Shown: positions 33,030-40,643 of the stretch, piece by piece | Layout: each line of letters starts with the position of its first letter | How positions within the stretch are numbered: position 1 is the first letter of the stretch | Assembly (NCBI GenBank): GCA_035942615.1 | Contig: DASZCY010000275.1 | Coordinates: 1 to 40,643 of the forward strand | Direction of reading: 5' to 3' | DNA from: Solirubrobacteraceae bacterium | GTDB lineage: Bacteria > Actinomycetota > Thermoleophilia > Solirubrobacterales > Solirubrobacteraceae | Length of the DNA stretch: 40,643 nucleotides | Made by a program: the position numbers and the translations under genes | The notes under the pieces: model-generated | The model's database searches: none | What the model was told of the DNA's origin: nothing | The model's input: only the letters and a program-made list of their open reading frames with translations

Positions 33030-35111
33030 CTATTGGGGGTCCACATCCACGCTCAGGGCGGCGGTCCGGTGCGCGCGCCCAGCGGCCACCCGCGCGACGG
33101 CGTCGCCAACCGCGGCGATCGCGCCGGCGCGATCGCCGGCCTTGACCACGAGCTGGCTGCGCTCGCGCCCGCGCAGGCGGAAGAGCGGGGCGGGACCGAG
33201 CACCTGGGCGTCCGCGATCTCTCCCATGGCCTCGCGCACCGCACCGGCAGCCAGCGCGGCGGCCCCCGGGGCCTCGGCGCGCGCCGAGCACACCACCCGG
33301 ATCAGACTGGAGAACGGCGGATAGCGCAGCACCTCCCGCCGCGCCAGCTCGCCGGCCAGGAAGCCGTCGTCGTCGTGAACGGCGGCGGCGGCCACCGCCG
33401 CCGCCGAGGGGTCGAGGGTCTGCACCAGCACCCGGCCGCGTCCGCCGCGTCCGGCCCGACCGGCCAGCTGGGTGACCAGCGCAAAGGTGCGCTCCTCGGC
33501 GCGGAAGTCGGGAAAGCGCAGCGTGGCGTCGGCGTCGACCACCACGCCGAGGCTCACGTCGGGGAAGTCGTGTCCCTTGGCCACCACCTGGGTGCCCAGC
33601 AGGATCCCCCGCTCCGCGGCCTCGAAGGCGGCCAGCACCGGCCCGGCGGGTCCAGTGTCGGCGTCCAGGCGGAAGACCGCCAGTCCCAGCTCACCCAGCT
33701 CGCGCTCCAGGCGCTCGGTGCCGGTGCCATGGCGGGCCAGCGAGACCGATCCGCAGTCCGGGCATGCGCGGGGGATGCGCTCGCGATGGCCACAGTGGTG
33801 GCAGGCCACGGTGCTCGCCGCACGGTGGAGCACCAGCGCGACCTCGCAGCGGGGACACTGCCAGCCTCGCCCGCACGAACGGCACTCGAGGAAGTTGGAC
33901 CAGCCGCGGCGGTTGAGCAGCACGACCGCCTTGGGCTCGTCGGCCAGCGCGTGCAGCGTGCGTGGGTGCAGCGCTCCGCCTGAGGCGTCGCGCATGTCGA
34001 CCACCTCCACGGCGGGCAGCGGCCGGGCGTCGACGCGCCGAGGCAGGCGCAGGCGGCGCAGCGCGTGCACGCTCTCCGGTCGCGGGGTGGCGCTGCCCGC
34101 CAGCAGCACCGCTCCGGCCTCCTGGGCGCGCCGGGCGGCGACGGCGCGCGCGTCGTAGCGCGGGTCGCCCTCGTGCTTGTAGGAGGCCTCGTGCTCCTCG
34201 TCGACCACGATCAGCCCGAGGTCCGCCACCGGCGCGAAGACGGCCGAGCGCGGCCCGACGCAGACACGAGCCTCGCCGCGGCGCAGGCGCAGCCACTCGT
34301 CGTGGCGTTCCCCGTCGGACAGCCCCGAGTGGGTGACGGCCACCGTGTCGCCGAAGCGCGCCGCGAAGCGTGCCACGGTCTGCGGCGTGAGCGCGATCTC
34401 GGGCACGAGCACGATGGCCGCCCGCCCTCGCTCCAGCGTCGCCGCGGCTGCGCGCAGGTACACCTCGGTCTTGCCCGAGCCGGTCACCCCGTGCACCAGC
34501 AGCGCGGCGTGCTCGCCGGCGGCAACGGCGGCCTCCACCTCGGACACGACCTCAGACTGCGCGGGCGTCAGCGCGAGCGGGGCGCTCGCCGCCCGCGCCC
34601 CCACGGCGGCGTGGACGATGTGACGGCGCCACGGGCGGGGGGCGATGCGCACCAGCGCCCGACGCTCGAGGCGGCGCAGCGCGGGGAGGTCGCCGCCCGC
34701 GAGGCGCGGCAGGGAGGCCAGCAGGGCGCGCTGGCGGCTGGTGAGGCGCGTGCACTCCTCCTCGCCCGTGCGCTCCGCCCACAGGGCGGTGCGCACGCGA
34801 GCGCCGGCCGGGGGGAGCATGAGCCCGGCGGCGCGAGCGAACGTCGAGCAGTACTCGCGGGCCATCCATTCCGCCAGGGCGACGAGGTCGGGCGGAAGGC
34901 TGCGCTCCAGCACCTCGAGTGGCGCGAGCAGCCGGTCGCGGGCCAGCTCGCTGTCCTCGGCCAGCCCCACCACCACGCCGGTGAGCTCGCGGGCCCCGAA
35001 GGGAACGCGCAGCAGGGCTCCGATGCCCACGCCCTCGGGACGCAGGTAATCGAACGGCCCGCGCAGGGCGCGGGCCGTCGTGAGGGGCTCGACCCTGGCG
35101 ACGGCGGGCAC
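33030..35111 (-). CDS. priA: Primosomal protein N' (replication restart helicase PriA)
   Basis: GVTGSGKTEVY, DEEHE and a Cys-rich zinc insertion CRSCG..CPRC...CHHCG...CPDCGS. GTG start. Confidence 0.9.
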   Translation of the reverse strand: MPAVARVEPLTTARALRGPFDYLRPEGVGIGALLRVPFGARELTGVVVGLAEDSELARDRLLAPLEVLERSLPPDLVALAEWMAREYCSTFARAAGLMLPPAGARVRTALWAERTGEEECTRLTSRQRALLASLPRLAGGDLPALRRLERRALVRIAPRPWRRHIVHAAVGARAASAPLALTPAQSEVVSEVEAAVAAGEHAALLVHGVTGSGKTEVYLRAAAATLERGRAAIVLVPEIALTPQTVARFAARFGDTVAVTHSGLSDGERHDEWLRLRRGEARVCVGPRSAVFAPVADLGLIVVDEEHEASYKHEGDPRYDARAVAARRAQEAGAVLLAGSATPRPESVHALRRLRLPRRVDARPLPAVEVVDMRDASGGALHPRTLHALADEPKAVVLLNRRGWSNFLECRSCGRGWQCPRCEVALVLHRAASTVACHHCGHRERIPRACPDCGSVSLARHGTGTERLERELGELGLAVFRLDADTGPAGPVLAAFEAAERGILLGTQVVAKGHDFPDVSLGVVVDADATLRFPDFRAEERTFALVTQLAGRAGRGGRGRVLVQTLDPSAAAVAAAAVHDDDGFLAGELARREVLRYPPFSSLIRVVCSARAEAPGAAALAAGAVREAMGEIADAQVLGPAPLFRLRGRERSQLVVKAGDRAGAIAAVGDAVARVAAGRAHRTAALSVDVDPQ

Positions 35112-35130
35112 GGAGGGAGGATGCCCCAGG

Positions 35131-35158
35131 GCGCGGACGCGGTCGTACCACGCCGCGC
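35131..35158 (-). other. GC-rich 12-bp stem-loop (one bulge, one G-U) between metK and priA
   Basis: Minus-sense RNA: GCGCGGCGUGGU-ACG-ACCGCG(U)CCGCGC. No following U-tract. Confidence 0.45.
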
Positions 35159-35192
35159 GTGCCGGCCGCCGGTGTGCGCAGGCAGCCGACGG

Positions 35193-36422
35193 CTAGACGG
35201 CGACGGGCTCCCCGCTGAGGCCGGCCGCCTCGCGCAGCGCGTCGGCCTTGTCGGTGCGCTCCCAGGTGAAGTCGTCGTCCGGGCGGCCGAAGTGGCCGTA
35301 GGCAGCGGTCTTCTGGTAGATCGGGCGGTGCAGATCAAGGGCCTGACGGAAGGCGCCCGGTCGCAGATCGAAGTGCTCGTCGATGAGCTGGGTGATCTTC
35401 GCCCTGCCGATCACCTCCGTGCCGAAGGTCTCCACCATGACCGAAACGGGGCGCGAGACGCCGATGGCGTAGGCCACCTGCACCTCGGCCCTGTCGGCCA
35501 GCCCCGCGGCCACGACGTTCTTGGCCACGTGGCGCGCGGCGTAGGCGGCCGAGCGGTCGACCTTGGAGGGATCCTTCCCGCTGAACGCGCCCCCGCCGTG
35601 GCGAGCCATCCCCCCGTAGGTATCGACGATGATCTTGCGCCCGGTCAGCCCGCAGTCACCGACCGGCCCGCCGATCACGAAGCGCCCGGTCGGGTTGATC
35701 AGCAGGTCCCGGCGCAGCGTGTCGGCGTCGTACATCTCCTCGGGGAGGACGGGCACGACCACGTGCTCCCACAGCTCGTCGGGCAGCCCATCTTCGACAC
35801 CCGGCTCGTGCTGGGTGGAGATGAGGACCTTCTCGATGGCCACCGGCACCCCGTCGCGGTAGCGCACCGAGACCTGGGTCTTGCCGTCGGGTCGCACGTG
35901 GGGCAGCGTCCCGTCCTTGCGCACGTCGCTCAGGCGCTTGGCCAGCTGGTGGGCGAGGGCGATGGGCATCGGCATCAGCTCCGGCGTCTCCCGGGTGGCG
36001 AAGCCGAACATCATCCCCTGGTCGCCGGCGCCCGCGAGCTCGAGCTCGTCGCCGCCCGAGCCGCCGCGGGTCTCGTGCGACTCGCTGACGCCCTGGCCGA
36101 TGTCCTCGGACTGCTTGTCCAGCGCGTTGATGACCGCGCACGAGTCGGCCGAGAAGCCCAGCTGGGCGTCGACGTAGCCGATCTTGCGGATCGTCTCGCG
36201 CGCGATCTCCTGTATGTCGACGGAGGTAGTGGTGGTGATCTCGCCCGACACAACGACCAAGCCCGTGTTCACGAGCGTCTCGCACGCCACCCGCCCCTCG
36301 GGGTCGTCCCTCATGATGGCGTCCAGCACGCCGTCGGAGATCTGATCGCACACCTTGTCGGGGTGACCCTCGGTGACGGACTCGGACGTGAACAGGTACT
36401 CGTTGTCGGCGTAGTGGGTCAT
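35193..36422 (-). CDS. metK: S-adenosylmethionine synthase
   Basis: [30 protein letters not shown]..., then [12 protein letters not shown] and [21 protein letters not shown] lies 14 nt upstream of ATG 36422. The track ORF to 36911 is an extension. Confidence 0.93.
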   Translation of the reverse strand: MTHYADNEYLFTSESVTEGHPDKVCDQISDGVLDAIMRDDPEGRVACETLVNTGLVVVSGEITTTTSVDIQEIARETIRKIGYVDAQLGFSADSCAVINALDKQSEDIGQGVSESHETRGGSGGDELELAGAGDQGMMFGFATRETPELMPMPIALAHQLAKRLSDVRKDGTLPHVRPDGKTQVSVRYRDGVPVAIEKVLISTQHEPGVEDGLPDELWEHVVVPVLPEEMYDADTLRRDLLINPTGRFVIGGPVGDCGLTGRKIIVDTYGGMARHGGGAFSGKDPSKVDRSAAYAARHVAKNVVAAGLADRAEVQVAYAIGVSRPVSVMVETFGTEVIGRAKITQLIDEHFDLRPGAFRQALDLHRPIYQKTAAYGHFGRPDDDFTWERTDKADALREAAGLSGEPVAV

Positions 36423-36463
36423 CGGGCGGCGAGAGACCTCCGGTCGCGGATGGGCACCCAAGA

Positions 36464-37792
36464 CTAACGGGGCCGCGCATAGCGGCGCCGGTGCCCGCCC
36501 TCGACGAAGTCGATGACCAGCGGGACGCCGTCGAAGCCGAAGCGCGCGCGCATGCGGTTCTCCAGGAAGTAGGCATAGTCGCGGGTCAGCCGCGCTCGGC
36601 TGTTGACCTGCACGGCGAAGCGCGGCGGGCCCGTGCCGATCTGGGCGACGTAGAGCAGGCGCAGGCGGTGGCCCTGGCGCTGGGGGGGCTGGCGCGCCGC
36701 CACCGCCTCGCCGAGCCAGCGGTTGAGCTCCGGGGTGGGGATGCGCGTGCGGCGACGGTCGCCCAGGGCCAGCGACTCGCGCAGGAGGCGCTCCACGTTG
36801 CGCCCGCGCTGCGCGCTGGCGGTCATCACCCGAGGGCGCAGGCGCAGCTTGCGCGCCACCCTGGCGCGCTCGTGGTCGAGGGCCTGCTCGTCCATCGTGC
36901 CCAGGTCCCACTTGTTGAGCACCAGCGCGGTGGCGCAGCCAGCGGTCATGGCCAGCTCGGCGATGCGCAGGTCCTGCGCGGTGATCCCGTCGGCGGCGTC
37001 GCAGACCACCAGCGCCACATCGGCCCGCTCGGCCGCGCGCTGGGAGCGCAGCGTCGTGTAGTACTCGACCGACTCCTGCACCCGGGCCTGGCGGCGCAGT
37101 CCGGCAGTGTCCACCACGACCACCGGCCGCCCGTCCACCTCGAGGGGCAGGTCGATCGCGTCACGGGTGGTCCCCGCGACCTCGGAGACGATGACGCGCT
37201 CGGCGCCGGCGAAGCGGTTGACCAGCGAGCTCTTGCCGACGTTGGGGCGCCCCAGAACGGCCAGGCGCAGCGTCCCGTCCTCCTCCTCGGCGGCGTCGAG
37301 CTCGGGGAGCAGCCCCGTCACGCGATCGAGCAGGTCGCCGGTACCCAGGCCCTGGGCGGCGGAGACCGCTATCGGCTCGCCCAGGCCCAGGCGGTGGAAG
37401 TCGGCGGCCAGCGACAGGTCGCGCACGCCGTCGACCTTGTTGGCGGCCACGACGACGGGCAGCTTGGAGCGACGCAGCAGGTCGGCCATCTCCTCGTCGC
37501 CGGGGCGCACGCCGGCCTGGGCGTCCACCACGAGGACCGCGACGCGCGCGTCGGCCAGCGCCGCGCGCGCCTGCTCGCGGATGGAGCCCGCGATGGGATC
37601 GGGGTCCAGCTCGTCCATGCCGCCGGTGTCGACCAGGGTGAAGGCACGGCCGTTCCACTCGCAGCCGATCTCGTGGCGGTCGCGCGTCACGCCCGGGCGC
37701 TGGTGGACGACCGCCTCGCGCGTGCCGCTGAGGCGGTTGACCAGCGAGCTCTTGCCGACGTTGGGATAGCCGACGACGGCGACCCTACTCAT
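36464..37792 (-). CDS. der: Ribosome-associated GTPase Der/EngA
   Basis: Two G domains ([10 protein letters not shown] and [10 protein letters not shown]; NKVD and NKWD) plus a KH-like C-terminus. ATGA overlap with cmk. Confidence 0.92.
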   Translation of the reverse strand: MSRVAVVGYPNVGKSSLVNRLSGTREAVVHQRPGVTRDRHEIGCEWNGRAFTLVDTGGMDELDPDPIAGSIREQARAALADARVAVLVVDAQAGVRPGDEEMADLLRRSKLPVVVAANKVDGVRDLSLAADFHRLGLGEPIAVSAAQGLGTGDLLDRVTGLLPELDAAEEEDGTLRLAVLGRPNVGKSSLVNRFAGAERVIVSEVAGTTRDAIDLPLEVDGRPVVVVDTAGLRRQARVQESVEYYTTLRSQRAAERADVALVVCDAADGITAQDLRIAELAMTAGCATALVLNKWDLGTMDEQALDHERARVARKLRLRPRVMTASAQRGRNVERLLRESLALGDRRRTRIPTPELNRWLGEAVAARQPPQRQGHRLRLLYVAQIGTGPPRFAVQVNSRARLTRDYAYFLENRMRARFGFDGVPLVIDFVEGGHRRRYARPR

Positions 37793-38385
37793 GACGTCGG
37801 TACCAGCGCCACGATGCGCGCGACGACCTCGTCGACGGGCAGGCCGGTGGTGTCCACCTCCACGGCGTCGTCGGCCGCACGCAGCGGAGAGTCGGCGCGC
37901 GCGGCGTCGCGCTGATCGCGCACGGCCTGCTCGAGCTCCACGATGGCCGGGTCGGCGCCCAGCTGGACGGCTCGCCGCCGGGCGCGCTCGGCGGGGCTGG
38001 CCACCAGGAAGACCTTGAGCTCGGCGTCGGGGGCCACCACCGTGCCGATGTCGCGCCCCTCGGCCACCCAGTCGCCGCTGGCCATGAGCGCCTGCTGCTG
38101 TGCGACCAGCGCGCGGCGGACGGCCGGCTCGGCGGCCATCACCGCGGCCCGCTCGCTGACCTCAGGGGCCCGGATGGCCGCGGTGACGTCCTCGCCCTCG
38201 AGCGTCACCCGCCCCCCCAGGCCGATCTGCGCTGCGGCCGGGTGGGGATGGCCGCGCAGGGCCGCCAGCGCGACCGCGCGGTACATGGCGCCCGTGTCCA
38301 GGTAGGTGAAGCCCAGCGCGCTCGCGACGGCGCGTGCGACCGTGGACTTCCCCGCGCCCGCGGGCCCGTCGATGGCGATGCGCAT
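37789..38385 (-). CDS. cmk: Cytidylate kinase
   Basis: [21 protein letters not shown]...YLDTGAMYR. Confidence 0.9.
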   Translation of the reverse strand: MRIAIDGPAGAGKSTVARAVASALGFTYLDTGAMYRAVALAALRGHPHPAAAQIGLGGRVTLEGEDVTAAIRAPEVSERAAVMAAEPAVRRALVAQQQALMASGDWVAEGRDIGTVVAPDAELKVFLVASPAERARRRAVQLGADPAIVELEQAVRDQRDAARADSPLRAADDAVEVDTTGLPVDEVVARIVALVPTS

Positions 38386-38398
38386 GGCGCGAGGCAGA

Positions 38399-39694
38399 CT
38401 AGAGGAGCGTCCTCAGGTCCTCGGCGAAGCCCGGGTAGGAGACCTCGGCGGCCTCCATGCCCACCACCTCGACCCCCTCGCGGGAGGCCAGGCCGGCGAC
38501 GGCGCCGACCATGGCCAGGCGGTGGTCGCCGTGGGCGTCCAGCCTGCCGCCGCGCAGGCCACCGGTGCCGGTGACCGCGAAGCCGTCGTCGGTGGCCTCG
38601 ATGCGCGCGCCCAGGCCGCCGAGGCCCTCGACCACGCCGGCGATGCGATCGGACTCCTTGACGCGCAGCTCCCGCGCGCCGTGCACCACGGTCTCCCCCT
38701 CGGCGAAGCAGCCCACGAGCGCGACCAGGGGCAGCTCGTCGATGGCCAGGGGCACCTCGTCGGCCTCCACCACGGTGCCCGCCAGGGGCGAGGCGCGCAC
38801 GTCGAGCTCGGTGACCGGCTCGACGGGCGGGATGTCGTCGCCGGTGGGCCTCTCCAGGTCACCCACCAGGACCCCGCCCATGCGCTCGAGGATGCGCAGG
38901 TAGCCGGTGCGCGTCCAGTTGGCGCCGACGTCGCCGACGACGATCTTGGAGCCTGCCACCAGCAGCGCGGCGGTGATCGGGAAGGCGGCCGAGGACGAGT
39001 CGCCGGGGACGCGGACGGTCTCCAGCTCGAGCTCGTCCGTGTTCGTGACCGTCACGTGGCGGCCGTTGCGGTGCACGGGCACGGCGGCCGCACGCAGGAT
39101 CCGCTCGGTGTGGTCGCGGCTGAGCGCCGGCTCGGTCACCGTGGTCACCCCGCGCGCCGCCAGCCCGGCCAGCAGCACGCAGGACTTCACCTGCGCGCTG
39201 GCCACCGGCAGCTCGTAGGCGATGGAGCGCAGGCGCGCCCCGCGCACCACGAAGGGCGGGTAGCGCTCGCGGGTGGCGTCGACCTGCGCGCCCATCAGGC
39301 GCAGCGGGTCGGCCACGCGGTCGATCGGGCGGCGGCGGATGGAGGCGTCCCCGTCCAGCGTGAAGGTGCGCCCGGCCTGGGCGGCCAGCCAGCCGGGCAG
39401 CAGGCGCATGAGCGTCCCCGCGTTGCCCACGTCGATGGGGTCGTGGCCCTCGCGCGCCTCGCGCAGGCCCGAGCCGCGAACGACGAGTCCGTCGGGACGC
39501 TGCTCGACCAGCGCGCCGAGGGAGCGCAGCGCCTCCAGCGTGGAGCGCGTGTCCGCGGCGTCGAGATAGTTCTCCACGCGCACGGGCTCGTCGTGCATGG
39601 CGGCCAGCAGCGCCGCGCGGTGGGAGATCGACTTGTCGGGCGGCGCGGTGAGCTGTCCGCGCAGCGGCCCGGCGGGCTCGAAGCGGACGTTCAC
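38399..39694 (-). CDS. aroA: 3-phosphoshikimate 1-carboxyvinyltransferase (EPSP synthase)
   Basis: PPDKSISHRA and VGNAGTLMRLL motifs, 431 aa. GTGA overlap with the tyrA stop. Confidence 0.9.
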   Translation of the reverse strand: MNVRFEPAGPLRGQLTAPPDKSISHRAALLAAMHDEPVRVENYLDAADTRSTLEALRSLGALVEQRPDGLVVRGSGLREAREGHDPIDVGNAGTLMRLLPGWLAAQAGRTFTLDGDASIRRRPIDRVADPLRLMGAQVDATRERYPPFVVRGARLRSIAYELPVASAQVKSCVLLAGLAARGVTTVTEPALSRDHTERILRAAAVPVHRNGRHVTVTNTDELELETVRVPGDSSSAAFPITAALLVAGSKIVVGDVGANWTRTGYLRILERMGGVLVGDLERPTGDDIPPVEPVTELDVRASPLAGTVVEADEVPLAIDELPLVALVGCFAEGETVVHGARELRVKESDRIAGVVEGLGGLGARIEATDDGFAVTGTGGLRGGRLDAHGDHRLAMVGAVAGLASREGVEVVGMEAAEVSYPGFAEDLRTLL

Positions 39695-40643
39695 CCGGCT
39701 GCCTCGGTGACCGGGTGGCCCTGCTCGCCGATCAGCCTCCTGGCCCGCTCGGCGCCCGCCTCGCCCACCCAGAGGGCCACCACCCCGTTGCGTGCGTCGG
39801 GCGAGGGGCTGAGAGCCATGTCGGAGATGTTGACGCCCGCCCGGCCGAGCGTGAGGGCCAGCTCGGCGATGACCCCGGGGCGGTTGGGCACCGCGACGCG
39901 CAGCTCACGCACCGGTCCGCCCAGCGAGCCGCCCTCCAGCAGCTCGCGCCGCTGTGCCGCCGCCTCCTCCTGCCAGGCGGCCAGCTCGGCGCGCCGCCCG
40001 GCGGCCACCTGGGCGCGCACACGGCCCAGCGCCTCCACGGCCTCGTCGAGCGCGGCCAGGAGCGCCTCGGCGTTGCCCAGGTAGATGTCCGGCCACAGCG
40101 CGGGGTTGGCCCCCGCCACCCGGGTGGTGTCGCGAAAGGAGGGGCCGGTGGCCGGAAGGCTGTCTCCCTCCCCCAGCGCGCCCGCGGCCTGGCCGACCAG
40201 CACGTTGGCCATCACGTGGGGCAGGTGGGAGACGGTGGCCATCAGGCGATCGTGGACCTCGGCGTCGATGGCCACCGGCTGGGCACCCAGACCGGTGATC
40301 AGGCGGTGGGCGCGCTCCAGCAGCGTGCCGCGGGTGGCGGGGGTGGGCGTGAGGTACCAGGTGGCGTCCTCGAACAGGTCACCGCGTGCGGCGCCCACGC
40401 CCGAGGCCTCGGCACCGGCCAGGGGATGGCCGCCCAGATAGCGGGGATCCTCGTGGGCGCCCACCAGCGCGCGCTTGACCGACCCGACGTCCGTGACCAG
40501 GCAGTCCGGGCCGGCGGCGCCCAGCGCGGTTGCGAGCGCGTCGCCCAGGACGCCCAGCGGAGCGCACACGACGGCCGCCTGCGCGCCGTCGAGCGTCTCG
40601 GCCACCGTGTCGTAGACCGTGTCGGCGGCGCCCGCCGCCGCCG
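39691..40643 (-). CDS. tyrA: Prephenate dehydrogenase with C-terminal ACT domain (5' end beyond the right edge)
   Basis: DVGSVK...GGHPLAG motif, and an ACT-like tail LRVAVPNRPGVIAELALTLGRAGVNISDMAL. The reading frame stays open to the window end, so the M at 40605 (a GTG) is probably internal. Confidence 0.85.
   Translation of the reverse strand, partial: AAAGAADTVYDTVAETLDGAQAAVVCAPLGVLGDALATALGAAGPDCLVTDVGSVKRALVGAHEDPRYLGGHPLAGAEASGVGAARGDLFEDATWYLTPTPATRGTLLERAHRLITGLGAQPVAIDAEVHDRLMATVSHLPHVMANVLVGQAAGALGEGDSLPATGPSFRDTTRVAGANPALWPDIYLGNAEALLAALDEAVEALGRVRAQVAAGRRAELAAWQEEAAAQRRELLEGGSLGGPVRELRVAVPNRPGVIAELALTLGRAGVNISDMALSPSPDARNGVVALWVGEAGAERARRLIGEQGHPVTEAAG

Noticed and set aside
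36423-36463. Looked for a SAM riboswitch upstream of metK.
   Set aside because: There is only a 41-nt spacer, containing a GGAGG. That is too short for any SAM riboswitch class.
1-40643. Scanned for CRISPR repeats, tRNA/rRNA genes, transposases, integrases, prophage genes, toxin-antitoxin pairs and known multi-gene defence systems.
   Set aside because: None are visible. Non-coding gaps are all 152 nt or shorter, and every sizeable ORF with coding-like composition is accounted for by housekeeping or membrane/glycosylation functions. This was a by-eye scan without search tools, so short or degenerate elements could be missed.

Overview
Very GC-rich (roughly 70% or more by eye) actinobacterial-type chromosome segment. 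The lineage guess, Thermoleophilia/Rubrobacteria-like, is inference only. The window is almost entirely a densely packed core-genome region. I support 43 protein genes and found no rRNA, tRNA, CRISPR array, transposase or integrase.

Gene order:
- Minus strand, left part: smc(partial)-rnc-acpP-plsX-rpmF-yceD, an acyl-CoA ligase, then a small block of unknown function. That block holds a 310-aa hypothetical, a divergent CX5R phosphatase and a coiled-coil protein with a PD-(D/E)xK-like motif.
- Next: acyP, mscS, coaD-rsmD-recG-yloV-rpmB, a Ser/Thr kinase, and the riboflavin operon ribD-ribE-ribBA-ribH.
- Right part: a 12-kb minus-strand gene train, tyrA(partial)-aroA-cmk-der-metK-priA-def-fmt-(66-aa ORF)-rsmB-(Zn-ribbon ORF)-AI-2E permease.

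The least ordinary part is about 9 kb (20.9-29.9 kb) lying where actinobacteria usually have rpe between rsmB and ribD. It holds a divergent glycosylation-type locus: two GT-C membrane glycosyltransferases facing a GT2 polyprenyl-phosphate-sugar synthase-like gene, a SAM methyltransferase and a MOP-type flippase. A CNNM/CorC transporter and an AI-2E permease follow.

Other observations worth a second look:
- A 40-nt near-perfect 'palindrome of palindromes' made of four GCTAGC hexamers lies in the largest non-coding gap (fmt-rsmB).
- A TAnnnT hexamer (four times TACCCT) recurs 6-12 nt upstream of start codons, implying leaderless mRNAs.
- Two overlapping divergent -10 boxes sit in a 25-bp intergenic gap.
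- A perfect 9-bp hairpin buries the recG GTG start.

Many gene junctions are 4-nt ATGA/GTGA overlaps. The numerous long antisense or extended ORFs in the track are high-GC artefacts. All start codons are my best reading, and several are ambiguous.
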